Shown here: piece by piece, positions 61,869 through 64,000 of the stretch
How the letters are laid out: each line of letters opens with the position of its first letter
How positions within the stretch are numbered: position 1 is the stretch's first letter
NCBI GenBank assembly: GCA_043228905.1
Contig: JBHGNT010000022.1
Coordinates: 2,604,001 to 2,668,000 of the forward strand
DNA: 64,000 nt
Direction of reading: 5' to 3'
Origin: Azolla caroliniana
Lineage: Eukaryota; Plantae; Polypodiophyta
Position numbers and translations under genes: made by a program
The notes under the pieces: generated by a model
Seen by the model: the letters and a program-made list of their open reading frames with translations, nothing else
Database searches by the model: none
What the model was told of the DNA's origin: nothing

Positions 61869-64000
61869 AGAGGGAGAATTATTTTTCAAAGGCTTTTTTT
61901 CCTTCCTGGCCTTAGCATCTTTTTTGTACTTTTTTTTTACTTTTTTGCATCTCTTTTTATTTTTGCTTACGTAGTTAGGCTTAGATCTCATCATCTAAAT
62001 TTATTACTAGTTTACTGATAAATAATCATAATAATTATATATAAGACATGTATTGATTAATTGTTTTTTTCTTTCTTTCTTTTGTTCCTTATTATTGGAT
62101 ATAATAATTATAAGTAAATAGATTTTCATTCGATACCACTTCTCGAGCAAGGGCTCATCAAAACTGTCCACAAAAAGAAAACTCGGACTTGATTACAGTT
62201 TGGACCTAGAATATCTGTAAGGCAAATGTGATTCTTAAAATTTTTAAGCTCTTTATGTAGGTCCTACTCTAGCTAAATTAGTGTAATTTTTATTTGAATG
62301 ATCTAATGACTATGGCTTGTACACAGATTATATCAGAGTTGTGACACCCTTGACTACCCAACCATTCTTACTTTGGTAGCTTTGAGATCTCTCTTGTATG
62401 TGTTTCTTACTGTTGCCAAGATAAATAGATTCCACATTTGATTGAAAATACTGTTTCATTTGCTGGAACATTTGATTCATTGTCTCTTAACACAGTATGT
62501 AACGCTTCATTGACATGTAAATTATGTATGTCCTTCGCTTCGCTCCTTTGAATTCTTGTTTTGAAAACCTGTCTAGGGTATGCAGGTGCCATGCATTTGT
62601 GTTTGTTTTCCTTTCCTTTTATTTACTCTTGTGATTTCTTCTTAAGAGTTCTTCTACTTGCATCAGTTGAGACTGTCCTAGTTATTCTTGGGCATCTTAT
62701 GTCAGTTTTTTCCATGCACTTGTGGCTCACCTCAGACATCTCCGTGCATTGGTTTGAACCCTCTTTTCTTGTAATCTTGTCATGAATCAATCAATTCTTT
62801 CTGGATTATGTGAATACACTCTTTAAATACTCTTTAAACTCATTGCATACCTTAATCTCCACTCTTTAAATTCAAGTTTTTTCCTCTCCACTCTTAATCT
62901 CTCACATCCAATGTTTTTCCTTTGTAAGTGACAATCTATAAGTCAATGAAGGAATGAGAGATGATAAGTCATGCAAGTGTTGCAGGGCACATTGGGGTAT
63001 CTTACTACGAAGGAATGAGAGATGATTGATTTTCAAGTCTCGAATGAGAAATCACGAAAGTCATGAATAAGTAGGCAAAGCAGAATCAAGAGATAAGCCA
63101 TGATTGACTTCTTACCACTCTACAAAATAGATAATTCAACTTCAATGCACGACAAAACCAAGTCACAATAGAATGTTGTAATCGGGCAGACTTTGTGATG
63201 CCATGGTATAGAACCTACCAAACTCATGATAGAGTTTTTGGACATAAAGTAGGCAGAGCGTGAATGGTAGGGGGGGGCCCACACCAAGAACATCCTAACC
63301 ACAAAAGAACCTGAAGCCAACATCCACATGCCAAAATGGATTCACATTTTCACTTGAGATGAAAATGTGAGATGACTCTTATCACTTATGAATCAATCAT
63401 ATGAGACAAAAATCCTACATGGGAACACTAGACCTATGATAGCAGATGCCACCCAAGGGGAACTAGCAATGACTTTGGAACTAGCAATAACATTGCGTTC
63501 GATACAAGAGTTTGCCCCTAATGGAGTGCAAAAGGCAAATACCAGGGGTCCTAAAATGATAGCAAAACCTTGAAGACATTTGAGTTCACTACCAATTTTC
63601 TTCTCAAAAAAGTTCATGGATTTGAAAAGGATGCTAAAAGACATTATTTTAAACACACGGTGAATGTGCATTACTACTTACACAATCACTCAAATCTGGG
63701 ACTATGAAAAATGCATATACAATGGTAGAGCTCACGCTAGATTTTACTAGTAAGTTCATACTTGCAAATTTAAAGTAATGGTTTTGATTTTTATATCCAT
63801 CCTAAAGCATGCCTTTTAGATCATTATACTTTACACTCAAAAGTGGAATAAAGTTTAATGCCATTCTTTGAAGAATTTGGCTTTGCTACAACCCAACTGT
63901 ACTTCAAAATAACACTTTACTAAAGAAACGGTGTCTAATATTTACCATCATAAAGCATTCATACCTTGACTTTGAGTTCATTGTGACGATAATTCACTCG

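Noticed and set aside
63120-63671. Possible transposon-associated protease or transposase remnant
   Set aside because: Only vague similarity; no catalytic motif or element ends can be supported by eye.

Overview
Plant nuclear DNA, probably from a non-seed land plant such as a fern, lycophyte or moss (inferred from the Tcn1-type chromoviruses). Positions ~0.5-54 kb are a nested LTR-retrotransposon block. It holds Ty1/copia elements of five families (A; B in four pieces; C; D in two young copies; E) and three Ty3/gypsy chromoviruses (G0 decayed, G1, G2). Seven insertions are bounded by 5-bp target-site duplications. Nesting: G0 contains A and is cut off by B1a; C contains G1 and E; E contains D1; B2 contains G2; G2 contains D2 inside its 3' LTR. 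D2 has an intact 1354-aa gag-pol. Positions 54-64 kb are AT-rich host DNA with a 4-coding-exon JAGGED-like QALGGH C2H2 zinc-finger gene that uses a GC-AG intron. The most striking signal is in the chromovirus LTRs: a tRNA-like A-box/B-box (Pol III promoter-like) module at the outer U3 end, with the same spacing in three diverged families. G1 and G2 also have no tRNA primer site but a Tf1-style self-priming complement, plus a conserved G_UUA_AAC slippery site and hairpin for -1 frameshifting. All coordinates, counts and alignments were read by eye; no database search was run.
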